In this document: positions 16,753-24,000 of the stretch, piece by piece
Layout of the letters: every line of letters starts with the position of its first letter
Numbering within the stretch: position 1 is the stretch's first letter
Source of the DNA: Bacillota bacterium
GTDB lineage: Bacteria > Bacillota > Clostridia > Tissierellales > Peptoniphilaceae
Reading direction: 5' to 3'
Assembly (NCBI GenBank): GCA_023443025.1
Contig: JAEZWM010000016.1
Location: 1-24,000 of the forward strand
DNA: 24,000 nucleotides
Notes under the pieces: generated by a model
Told to the model about the DNA's origin: nothing
Databases searched by the model: none
Seen by the model: only the letters and a program-made list of their open reading frames with translations
Translations under genes and position numbers: made by a program

Positions 16753-18045
16753 TTGAAAGTAAATATAATGACATTAGGCTGCAAAGTAAATCAATACGAA
16801 TCAGAAGCCATGGCAGAGCTTTTTACAAATAGCGGTTATGATATCGTTCATGATGAAATTGCGGATATATATGTGATAAACACTTGTACGGTCACTAATT
16901 TGAGTGACAGAAAGTCAAGGCAGTTTATTTCAAAAGCTAAAAAAGAAAACCCTAGTTCTATCATTGCGGTGGTAGGTTGTTATTCTCAGATTGCTCCGGA
17001 GGATATTGAGAAGCTCGGAGATATAGATGTAATTTTAGGCACTACCGATAGATGCAGAATTGTGGAACTATGTGAAAATGCATATAGAAACCATATAAAG
17101 ATTAATTTAGTAAAAGAGTTAAAACCGGGAAAAGAATTTGATGACTTAGAAATAAGTGAGAACGCAGAGCGAACAAGGTCCTATATCAAGGTTCAAGAAG
17201 GTTGTAATCAGTTTTGTACCTACTGTATAATTCCTTATGCCAGAGGACCGATTACATCGAGACCGATGGATGCAGTGTTGTCTGAAGCTAGTAAGCTTGC
17301 TGCTAACGGCTACAAAGAAGTGGTGTTAACCGGTATACATGTAGCGTCATATGGCCTTGATTTGAAATTGAATGACGCATTAATAGAACTTATAGAATCA
17401 GTTAGTAAAATAGATGGTATTGAAAGAGTGAGGATGAGTTCACTTGAACCAAGGATAGTGGACGAGGAGCTATTAGAAAGGCTATCCAATATACCCGAGT
17501 TTTGTGACCATTTTCACCTGTCACTTCAATCCGGATCAGATGAAATCCTAAAAAAGATGAATAGAAAATACGATTCCGATATGTACCTCGAAAAAATAAA
17601 TCTAATAAGAAAGTACTTTCCAAATGCCGGGATAACGACAGATATCATAGTTGGATTTCCGGGGGAGAGTGATGATGATTTCAATGATAGCTTAAAGTTT
17701 GTTGATGAGATTGGATTTTCAAGAGTGCATGTGTTTAGATACTCGCCAAGAGCAGGAACACCGGCCGCTGAGTATCCAAACCAAGTACATGGAGAGATAA
17801 AAAGAGAGAGGTCTGAGCTGTTAATTGAAGCAGCTGAACGAAAATCCATAGAGTTTATGGATTCTTTAATAGGGACTAAATTGAGTGTGTTATTTGAAAC
17901 CGGTGACGGAAAATCAGCTGAAGGTTACTCGACAAATTACATCAAAGTAGCAGTAAAATCTGATCTGGATTTGGAAAGTGAGATCAAAACTGTTATAATA
18001 GAAGGTAGAGAAACTGACGTACTGGTTGGAAAACTTATAGATTAA
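16753..18045 (+). CDS. mtaB: Radical-SAM methylthiotransferase, MtaB (YqeV)-like
   Basis: N-terminal MTTase domain TLGCKVNQYESE, radical-SAM CNQFCTYC, C-terminal TRAM-like region. It lies after rsmE, matching Bacillus yqeV. The distinction from MiaB/RimO rests on synteny. Confidence 0.8.
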   Translation: MKVNIMTLGCKVNQYESEAMAELFTNSGYDIVHDEIADIYVINTCTVTNLSDRKSRQFISKAKKENPSSIIAVVGCYSQIAPEDIEKLGDIDVILGTTDRCRIVELCENAYRNHIKINLVKELKPGKEFDDLEISENAERTRSYIKVQEGCNQFCTYCIIPYARGPITSRPMDAVLSEASKLAANGYKEVVLTGIHVASYGLDLKLNDALIELIESVSKIDGIERVRMSSLEPRIVDEELLERLSNIPEFCDHFHLSLQSGSDEILKKMNRKYDSDMYLEKINLIRKYFPNAGITTDIIVGFPGESDDDFNDSLKFVDEIGFSRVHVFRYSPRAGTPAAEYPNQVHGEIKRERSELLIEAAERKSIEFMDSLIGTKLSVLFETGDGKSAEGYSTNYIKVAVKSDLDLESEIKTVIIEGRETDVLVGKLID

Positions 18046-18069
18046 GTGCATTTTACATGGAGGTGAAAT

Positions 18070-18411
18070 ATGGATTGTATTTTTTGTAGTATCGCCGAAG
18101 GGAAAATCCCTGCAGAAACCATTTATAAAGATGACGAGATAATCGTATTCAAAGATTTAAATCCTCAAGCTCCAATCCATTTATTAGCGATACCAAAAGC
18201 TCATATTGCATCGAACAATGAAATCAATTCTGACAATAGTGCATTGATTGGAAGAATTTTTGAAGTTATCGCAAAACTAGCGAAAGAACTTGGCTTTGAT
18301 GAGGATGGTTATAGAATTGTTAACAACTGTGGCGATCATGGTGGTCAAACAGTTGGGCATATACATTATCATGTACTTGCAGGAAGAAATCTTCAGTGGC
18401 CACCGGGTTAA
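18070..18411 (+). CDS. HIT-family (histidine triad) nucleotide hydrolase
   Basis: CIFCSI...GKIP... N-terminus and the histidine triad GQTVGHIHYHVLAG. Confidence 0.9.
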   Translation: MDCIFCSIAEGKIPAETIYKDDEIIVFKDLNPQAPIHLLAIPKAHIASNNEINSDNSALIGRIFEVIAKLAKELGFDEDGYRIVNNCGDHGGQTVGHIHYHVLAGRNLQWPPG

Positions 18412-18416
18412 AATAC

Positions 18417-18445
18417 TTGCAACATTTTAATTATTAAGGTATAAT
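18417..18445 (+). promoter_or_regulatory. Sigma-A promoter for rpsU
   Basis: TTGCAA (18417-18422), 17-nt spacer, TATAAT (18440-18445). Confidence 0.6.
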
Positions 18446-18503
18446 TGTTTAGTATTATTCTTAATAATACAGTACTCTTGTACTATGAGGGGAGGGAAAT
18501 TTA

Positions 18504-18683
18504 ATGACTGAGATAAAAGTTGGGGAAAATGAATCACTAGAGAACGCCCTCAAAAGATTCAAAAGACAATGTGCACGCTCCGGAGTTCTCTCTGAGTATA
18601 GGAAAAGAGAGCATTATGAGAAGCCATCCATAAAAAGGAAGAAAAAATCTGAAGCTGCTAGAAGAAAAAAAAGAAAATTCTAG
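18504..18683 (+). CDS. rpsU: 30S ribosomal protein S21
   Basis: Not in the ORF track (59 aa). Hand translation: [69 protein letters not shown] upstream, TAG stop at 18681-18683. Confidence 0.95.
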   Translation: MTEIKVGENESLENALKRFKRQCARSGVLSEYRKREHYEKPSIKRKKKSEAARRKKRKF

Positions 18684-18700
18684 TCAGTTAAAACAAAAAT

Positions 18701-18731
18701 GATACCATTGCTATTTTGCAGTGGTATTTTT
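18701..18731 (+). terminator. Intrinsic terminator after rpsU
   Basis: ATACCATTGC (18701-18710) pairs with GCAGTGGTAT (18717-18726) with one G-U pair, 6-nt loop, then T5. Confidence 0.75.
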
Positions 18732-19032
18732 TATTTTAAAAATACTTATAGATAATTTGTTTCCGATGTACTTGTTTTGTGAATATATAATAGAAGAAAA
18801 AGTTTGATAAACTCGAAACTGAGTAATATGAGCATACTCAGCATATAAACATTACTAAAATTATTTATAAGGCATGACCTCTTTTATGGATATCAAATAT
18901 TAAGAGTTTATAAATATTATTCTTTGTGTCTATCCATAAGATATAATTATTAATAACAAAGTTATTTGAGCTTTGTCGGATGAGATAATCTTACTGTTAA
19001 CATAATACTATTAATAATCAGGGGGTGAGATA

Positions 19033-20310
19033 GTGAAGAATAGAATAGGGATTTTAATAGTAGTTTTGATCCTGCTTATTTCCTCGGTAGCTTTTGCGGA
19101 CAATGATTCGGTGTTTGTAATTCCAATTAAGGGAAATATAAATGGGGTCACTCGATCGATAGTTAAAGATGGAATTCGTGAGGCTGAAAACTCCGGTGCA
19201 TCTACCATAGTATTTGAAATTGACACTTATGGCGGTTTTATTCACTCTGCAGAGGAAATTAAAAACGATATAGTCAATGCGGGACTGCCAACAATTTCTT
19301 ATATAAATAATAAAGCTGAATCAGCAGGTGTACTAATAGCAATTGCTTCTGAAAAGCTTGTTATGAACACATCTGCAACCATAGGTTCTGCAGAAACTAT
19401 TCCTAATGAAGAAAAGGTTCTTTCATTGTGGGTGAGTTTATTAAGAGATACCGCACAGTATAGAAACAGGGATGATCAAATTGTCGCAGCAATGGCTGAT
19501 AAAAGAATTGCTGTAGATAATATGGTTGAAAGTGGAAGGCTTTTGAACCTTACAACCAAAGAAGCAGAAGAAGTGGGCTTTATTGATTATTCTGTAAATT
19601 CTTTAGACGAGATATTAAAGGCTGAAAATAAAACCGGTGCAAATGTTATTGAACCGGAGATATCAATTAAGAACAGAATCGCAAATGTTTTAACTAATCC
19701 TATTGTAAATACACTCTTATTGATACTTGGTTTTGTAGGTGCGGTAGTCGAGTTGTTTATGCCGGGATTTGGCCTAGGAGGAGTATTGAGTATTTTAGGT
19801 TTCGGACTCTTCTTTACGGGTAATATAATTAGTGGTAATGCTGAATGGATGTCACTAGTACTATTTATACTTGGAGGAGTATTGATATTCATTGAAATGC
19901 TAATACCTGGATTTGGACTTCCCGGGATTAGTGGTATAGTCTTAATCCTAATGGGTATAATAACAGCCATGCGAGATGTTACACAAGGGGTGTTATCCTT
20001 GAGTATTGCAATAATTATAGCTTCTATAGTTGCTATAATAGTTGTTAAGAAAGGATTTGAAAGTCCACTGATGAAACGAATTGTACTCGGGAAAAATTTA
20101 GACACTGAAAGTGTTAAGCCTGATAGCTTCTACACACTTGATCTTATAGGAAAAGAAGGGGAAACTGTTACAATCCTACGTCCTTCGGGTACAATTAGTA
20201 TAGATGGCACTAGGTACGATGCACTGAGTGAGGGGGATTTCATACCTCAAGGAGCACAAGTCAAGGTGCTGAGAGTAATAGGAACTAAAATTTTTGTAAG
20301 GAGGATATAA
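19033..20310 (+). CDS. nfeD: Membrane-bound NfeD-family protein (ClpP-class serine protease domain + TM block + C-terminal OB/NfeD domain; YqeZ-like)
   Basis: Signal/anchor [22 protein letters not shown], ClpP-like N-domain (VFEIDTYGG...AESAGVLIA), central multi-TM block, C-terminal soluble beta-domain. It lies directly upstream of floA, as yqeZ-yqfA does. GTG start after AGGGGG. Confidence 0.85.
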   Translation: MKNRIGILIVVLILLISSVAFADNDSVFVIPIKGNINGVTRSIVKDGIREAENSGASTIVFEIDTYGGFIHSAEEIKNDIVNAGLPTISYINNKAESAGVLIAIASEKLVMNTSATIGSAETIPNEEKVLSLWVSLLRDTAQYRNRDDQIVAAMADKRIAVDNMVESGRLLNLTTKEAEEVGFIDYSVNSLDEILKAENKTGANVIEPEISIKNRIANVLTNPIVNTLLLILGFVGAVVELFMPGFGLGGVLSILGFGLFFTGNIISGNAEWMSLVLFILGGVLIFIEMLIPGFGLPGISGIVLILMGIITAMRDVTQGVLSLSIAIIIASIVAIIVVKKGFESPLMKRIVLGKNLDTESVKPDSFYTLDLIGKEGETVTILRPSGTISIDGTRYDALSEGDFIPQGAQVKVLRVIGTKIFVRRI

Positions 20311-20311
20311 T

Positions 20312-21310
20312 ATGCCAAATAATATTATACCAATTGCAGGTATTGCAATACTGATTATTATTGGACTGATGATTTTCTTAACCATGGTGCCTGTCGGTTT
20401 ATGGATTACAGCGTTCTTCTCTGGTGTTAAGGTAAAGATATCTACTTTAATAGGTATGAGATTGAGAAGGGTACTGCCTTCCAGAATTGTTAATCCACTG
20501 ATCAAAGCTACTAAAGCCGGTCTAACAATCGATGCAAATACACTGGAGGCTCACTACCTAGCCGGTGGTAATGTAAATACAGTTGTCGATGCACTTATTG
20601 CGGCACAAAGAGCAAATATCGAGCTTGAGTTTGAAAGAGCGGCTGCGATAGATCTTGCCGGAAGAAACGTACTTGAAGCAGTTCAGGTTTCTGTAAACCC
20701 TAAGGTTATAGAAACACCACAGATTTCTGCAGTGGCAATGAACGGTATCGAAGTAATTGCCAAAGCGAAAGTTACAGTTAGAGCAAACATTGATAGACTT
20801 ATCGGGGGAGCAGGAGAAGAAACAATCATAGCAAGAGTTGGAGAAGGTATTGTAACTACAGTTGGTAGTGCTAGAAGCCATACTGAAGTTCTTGAAAATC
20901 CAGATTCCATATCTCAAACAGTATTAAGCAAAGGTCTTGACTCGGGTACAGCATTCGAAATTCTTTCAATCGATATCGCCGATGTGGACGTTGGTAGAAA
21001 TATCGGTGCGAAGCTTCAAACAGATCAAGCGGAAGCAGACAAAAGAATTGCTCAGGCAAAAGCAGAAGAAAGACGTGCCATGGCTGTTGCTAAGGAACAA
21101 GAGATGCTTGCAGAAGTCAGAAGCATGCGTGCTAAGGTAGTCGAGGCTGAATCACAAGTACCACTTGCGATGGCTGAAGCTCTTAGAGAAGGTAAGCTAG
21201 GAGTTATGGATTACTATAATATGATGAACGTCAAAGCTGATACTGAAATGAGAGACTCTATATCTAACATGGGAGCTGACAAAGAAAGCAAGGATAATGA
21301 TTCCAACTAA
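20312..21310 (+). CDS. floA: Flotillin-like protein FloA (YqfA, SPFH/UPF0365 family)
   Basis: The N-terminal hairpin anchor followed by [21 protein letters not shown] is highly similar to my recollection of B. subtilis YqfA. There is an Ala/Glu-rich coiled-coil C-terminus. Confidence 0.9.
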   Translation: MPNNIIPIAGIAILIIIGLMIFLTMVPVGLWITAFFSGVKVKISTLIGMRLRRVLPSRIVNPLIKATKAGLTIDANTLEAHYLAGGNVNTVVDALIAAQRANIELEFERAAAIDLAGRNVLEAVQVSVNPKVIETPQISAVAMNGIEVIAKAKVTVRANIDRLIGGAGEETIIARVGEGIVTTVGSARSHTEVLENPDSISQTVLSKGLDSGTAFEILSIDIADVDVGRNIGAKLQTDQAEADKRIAQAKAEERRAMAVAKEQEMLAEVRSMRAKVVEAESQVPLAMAEALREGKLGVMDYYNMMNVKADTEMRDSISNMGADKESKDNDSN

Positions 21311-21340
21311 TGGATCTCTCTTCACAAAGGTGGTGACGGT

Positions 21341-21949
21341 ATGAGGTTTGGAATCTTTGAAATCTTGATTATAGCTTCAATAATTAGATTAATAATAAAA
21401 AAAGTTAGTGAAACAAATGGACAAGGCGACAAATCAAGGAATCAAAGTAAACCTGTAGATAGAGGTGCTACCAATCCATCGCAAAGAAACTATAAAAAGC
21501 AAGTTGAAAAAAAAGTAGAGCAAGGTTATGGTAGTATATTTGATGCTTTTAAAAGGCTACAGGATGAACTTGATCCTCAAAGAGTAGAACAAAAGAAAAA
21601 ACAAGCAAAACATAAAGCCAAACAAGCTAAGAAACAAAGTCCTTTTATAGAAAAAAAAGAGGAAGAAGATTTCTATCGAGGCGGGGAAACGCTTGAAGGT
21701 TATAGCATGCATATGAGAGGGTATGACGAACACGACTTCGAACACAAAAGAGAAGCTGCTAGACAATACCACTCAGAAAGAACAGCAATTGCTGATGAAA
21801 TGTTGGTTCAAAAAATCCAAGAAAAACCTGAAACTAAAGTTGCTTTTAAAGTTTTTGGTGGAATTGATAATAATGCCAGACAAAGTGAACTCAGAAAAGC
21901 AATCGTATATTCAGAAATCTTTGGTAAACCAAAGAGCATGAGAAGATAA
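21341..21949 (+). CDS. Hypothetical membrane-anchored, Lys/Gln/Glu-rich protein (third gene of the nfeD-floA operon)
   Basis: N-terminal TM segment MRFGIFEILIIASIIRLII, then a long charged low-complexity region (KKKQAKHKAKQAKKQ) and a C-terminal ...RKAIVYSEIFGKPKSMRR. Good SD (AAAGGTGGTGA). It occupies the yqfB position, but homology is not asserted. Confidence 0.6.
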   Translation: MRFGIFEILIIASIIRLIIKKVSETNGQGDKSRNQSKPVDRGATNPSQRNYKKQVEKKVEQGYGSIFDAFKRLQDELDPQRVEQKKKQAKHKAKQAKKQSPFIEKKEEEDFYRGGETLEGYSMHMRGYDEHDFEHKREAARQYHSERTAIADEMLVQKIQEKPETKVAFKVFGGIDNNARQSELRKAIVYSEIFGKPKSMRR

Positions 21950-21951
21950 TT

Positions 21952-21981
21952 GATAGGACGGCAAAGGCTGTCCTATCTTTT
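21952..21981 (+). terminator. Intrinsic terminator of the nfeD-floA operon
   Basis: GATAGGACGG (21952-21961) pairs with CTGTCCTATC (21968-21977) with one G-U pair, 6-nt loop, T4 tail. Confidence 0.7.
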
Positions 21982-22010
21982 GACGTTAAGTAGTGAAAAT
22001 TAGGCTATTA

Positions 22011-22019
22011 TGGTATAAT
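22011..22019 (+). promoter_or_regulatory. Extended -10 (TGgTATAAT), candidate phoH-ybeY-dgkA promoter
   Basis: TGGTATAAT at 22011-22019. TTGACG at 21980-21985 is 28 nt away, too far to be the -35. Confidence 0.45.
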
Positions 22020-22058
22020 TAATAGATGTAATAAAACTATATATTAGATTAATAAGGA

Positions 22059-23024
22059 GTGATCCATATATATAAGTTGGAAATCCCTGTCGAGGATAGG
22101 GCTATAGTTAGAGAGATTTTTGGAAATCTTGATGAAAATGCAAAGATTATAGAATCCGAGTTAAAAGTAAGGATTTCGTTGGATGAAAATGGACTTATCA
22201 TAACAGGTGATGAAGTTATGACAATGGCGGCTGAAGATGTGATTAGAAGCTTAGAAGATATTTATCATAATAAAGGAGAAATAGACGATCAATCTCTTAG
22301 ATACACTATTGAGATGGTCAAAAAAGGAAAATCAACCGGAATAAAAAGGATTCTTGAAGATATAGTATGTGTAACTTCAAGCGGGAAGCCCGTTAAACCT
22401 AAAACTTTAGGTCAAAAACAATATTTGGACGCCATCGACCAAAAAGATATAGTATTTGGAATTGGTCCTGCAGGAACCGGTAAAACTTATCTTGCTATGG
22501 CAAAAGCGGTGACTGCTTTTAGAAACAAAGAAGTTAATAGAATTATACTTACAAGACCTGCAGTTGAAGCCGGTGAGACATTGGGATTTCTTCCGGGAGA
22601 TTTGCAAGAAAAGATAGATCCATATTTAAGACCCTTATATGATGCACTATTCGATATCATGGGTTATGAAAACTATTTAAAGCTTTTAGAAAAAGGGCTA
22701 ATAGAAGTTGCCCCACTCGCATATATGAGAGGTAGAACTCTTGATTCCGCATATGTTATATTGGATGAAGCACAAAATACTACAAATGAACAGATGAAGA
22801 TGTTTTTAACCAGATTAGGGTATGGTTCTAAAGCAATCATAACTGGAGATATCACACAAATTGATTTACCTCATGGAAGAAAATCTGGATTGGTAACAGT
22901 TAAAAGGATACTTTCTAAGGTAGAGGATATTGCTTTTGTGAATTTAACCAGAAATGATATAGTTAGGCATCCACTAGTACAAAAGATTATTGATGCATAC
23001 GATAATTATGAAAAGAGAAAATAA
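22059..23024 (+). CDS. phoH: PhoH-like ATPase
   Basis: Walker A GPAGTGKTYLAMA, Walker B ILDEAQN, ITGDITQIDLP. The start is uncertain: GTG 22059 directly abuts the AAGGAG SD (22053-22058), and the next canonical start is TTG 22077. Confidence 0.9.
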   Translation: MIHIYKLEIPVEDRAIVREIFGNLDENAKIIESELKVRISLDENGLIITGDEVMTMAAEDVIRSLEDIYHNKGEIDDQSLRYTIEMVKKGKSTGIKRILEDIVCVTSSGKPVKPKTLGQKQYLDAIDQKDIVFGIGPAGTGKTYLAMAKAVTAFRNKEVNRIILTRPAVEAGETLGFLPGDLQEKIDPYLRPLYDALFDIMGYENYLKLLEKGLIEVAPLAYMRGRTLDSAYVILDEAQNTTNEQMKMFLTRLGYGSKAIITGDITQIDLPHGRKSGLVTVKRILSKVEDIAFVNLTRNDIVRHPLVQKIIDAYDNYEKRK

Positions 23025-23464
23025 TGGAATTATTAATTGATTCAAGGGTTCAAGGATATACGCCTTCTGATTATTTAGTCAATACAATTGAGCTTGCAGC
23101 AGTATTGTCACTTGAGGAAGAAGGCTTAAGTGGGGAATATGAGATATCTCTATCATTTGTGGATGAGGATGAAATCCAAGACTTAAATCATAATTATAGG
23201 AATAAAAATGTAGTCACGGATGTCTTATCTTTTCCACTGATTGAAGACCTGAATGCAGAGGATGGACTGCTGGGTGATATCGTAATCTGTTACAATAAAG
23301 CTGTGTCTCAAGCAGAGGAATATGGAAATACCACAGATAGAGAAATAATTTATTTGGTAATTCATTCAATGTTTCATCTATTGGGATATGATCATATGGA
23401 CGAATATGATAAGAAGATAATGAGAAATAAAGAAAAAAGTGTATTGCTAAAACTTGGAGTTTGA
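23024..23464 (+). CDS. ybeY: rRNA maturation endoribonuclease YbeY
   Basis: Zinc motif HSMFHLLGYDH (HxxxHxxGxxH). The ATG overlaps the phoH stop (TAATG). Confidence 0.95.
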   Translation: MELLIDSRVQGYTPSDYLVNTIELAAVLSLEEEGLSGEYEISLSFVDEDEIQDLNHNYRNKNVVTDVLSFPLIEDLNAEDGLLGDIVICYNKAVSQAEEYGNTTDREIIYLVIHSMFHLLGYDHMDEYDKKIMRNKEKSVLLKLGV

Positions 23465-23465
23465 T

Positions 23466-24000
23466 ATGGAAGAGAAAGAAAAAAAGAAAAAAGGTAAGTT
23501 AATCAATGGATTTAATTTTGCAATTGATGGACTTATCTATTCGATTACAAAAGAATATAATATGAAGTTTCATCTAGTAACCGCTATAATAGTTCTTTTT
23601 ATTACCATGCTTTTCAATATCTCCAAGATAGAACTTGCTCTTCTTGCACTTACTATCACACTGGTTTTCGTAACGGAATTGATTAATACTGCGGTTGAAA
23701 GATGTGTTGATCTTGCTACGAAAGAGTATGATCCGGTTGCAAAAATAGCAAAGGATGTCGCCGCGGGAGCTGTGTTAGTATCAGCAATAAATGCCGTTTT
23801 GATGGGATATTTAATCTTTTTTGATAAGTTTATTCACTTTTCACAAAATGTATTTTTAAAAATAAGAAAATCTAGTACCCATTTAACAGTTATAATAATT
23901 GTATTAGTTCTATTGATAACCGTACTACTAAAGAGTGTTTTCTATAGAGGAAGTGGAACTCATGTACAAGGCGGAGCGGTTAGTGGTCATGCATCCTTAT
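23466..24000 (+). CDS. dgkA: DgkA-family lipid kinase (diacylglycerol/undecaprenol kinase) with an additional C-terminal membrane region; 3' end lies outside the window
   Basis: Not in the ORF track (no stop before the window end). Hand translation: MEEKEKKKKGKLINGFNFAIDGLIYS...TELINTAVERCVDL...AKDVAAGAVLVSAINAV..., open through base 24000. GGAG lies 6 nt before the ATG. It follows ybeY, as in Bacillus. Confidence 0.85.
   Translation, partial: MEEKEKKKKGKLINGFNFAIDGLIYSITKEYNMKFHLVTAIIVLFITMLFNISKIELALLALTITLVFVTELINTAVERCVDLATKEYDPVAKIAKDVAAGAVLVSAINAVLMGYLIFFDKFIHFSQNVFLKIRKSSTHLTVIIIVLVLLITVLLKSVFYRGSGTHVQGGAVSGHASL

Noticed and set aside
119-22855. Antisense and off-frame ORFs from the track nested in conserved genes: 119..301-, 848..1093-, 1273..1485-, 3355..3576-, 4433..4708-, 5825..6031-, 6123..6311-, 6275..6550-, 9246..9479-, 11114..11302-, 11919..12227-, 12277..12636-, 13065..13547-, 13738..13971-, 14017..14295-, 14534..14752-, 15081..15812-, 17402..17849-, 19011..19245-, 19587..20105-, 20176..20505-, 20558..21059-, 20937..21140+, 21557..21772-, 21723..21941+, 22407..22855-
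   Set aside because: Each is fully or largely overlapped by a gene with strong motif or synteny support on the other strand or frame. They lack SDs and give low-complexity or shadow-type translations.
1-24000. CRISPR arrays, tRNA/rRNA genes, IS elements, prophage or toxin-antitoxin pairs
   Set aside because: None recognised. There are no regularly spaced repeats beyond the two 14-mers, no cloverleaf-like segments in intergenic regions, and no transposase or integrase-like ORFs.

Overview
This is a chromosomal segment from a low-GC Firmicute, Clostridia/Tissierellia-like. It is probably asporogenous, because the gpr/spoIIP and yqfC/yqfD positions of the Bacillus map are empty. The backbone is the classic housekeeping and heat-shock neighbourhood: holA(partial) > rpsT < lepB > lepA > hemW > [insert] > hrcA-grpE-dnaK-dnaJ > prmA-rsmE-mtaB > HIT > rpsU > nfeD-floA-(Lys-rich protein) > phoH-ybeY-dgkA(partial). 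A perfect CIRCE operator lies in front of hrcA. The part worth a second look is a visibly AT-richer module of about 5.8 kb (about 4409-10260) between hemW and hrcA, which are normally adjacent. It contains a LytTR response regulator and an AgrC-like (HPK10-type) histidine kinase split by a 1-nt frameshift two codons after the phospho-acceptor His. Next comes an activator-type promoter with two identical 14-bp direct repeats at 21-bp phasing. It drives a small Cys-free, Gly/Tyr/Asn/Asp-rich protein whose apparent Sec signal peptide is interrupted by an in-frame TAG. An 18-bp perfect hairpin follows, then a 6-TM permease, a roughly 12-TM membrane protein and an ABC ATPase. I read this as a signal-controlled secreted-protein plus ABC (immunity or export) cassette, possibly decaying, whose cargo I cannot assign to a family by eye. 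No tRNA/rRNA genes, CRISPR arrays, transposases or integrases were seen. All calls come from reading the ORF translations and the DNA, with no database searches.
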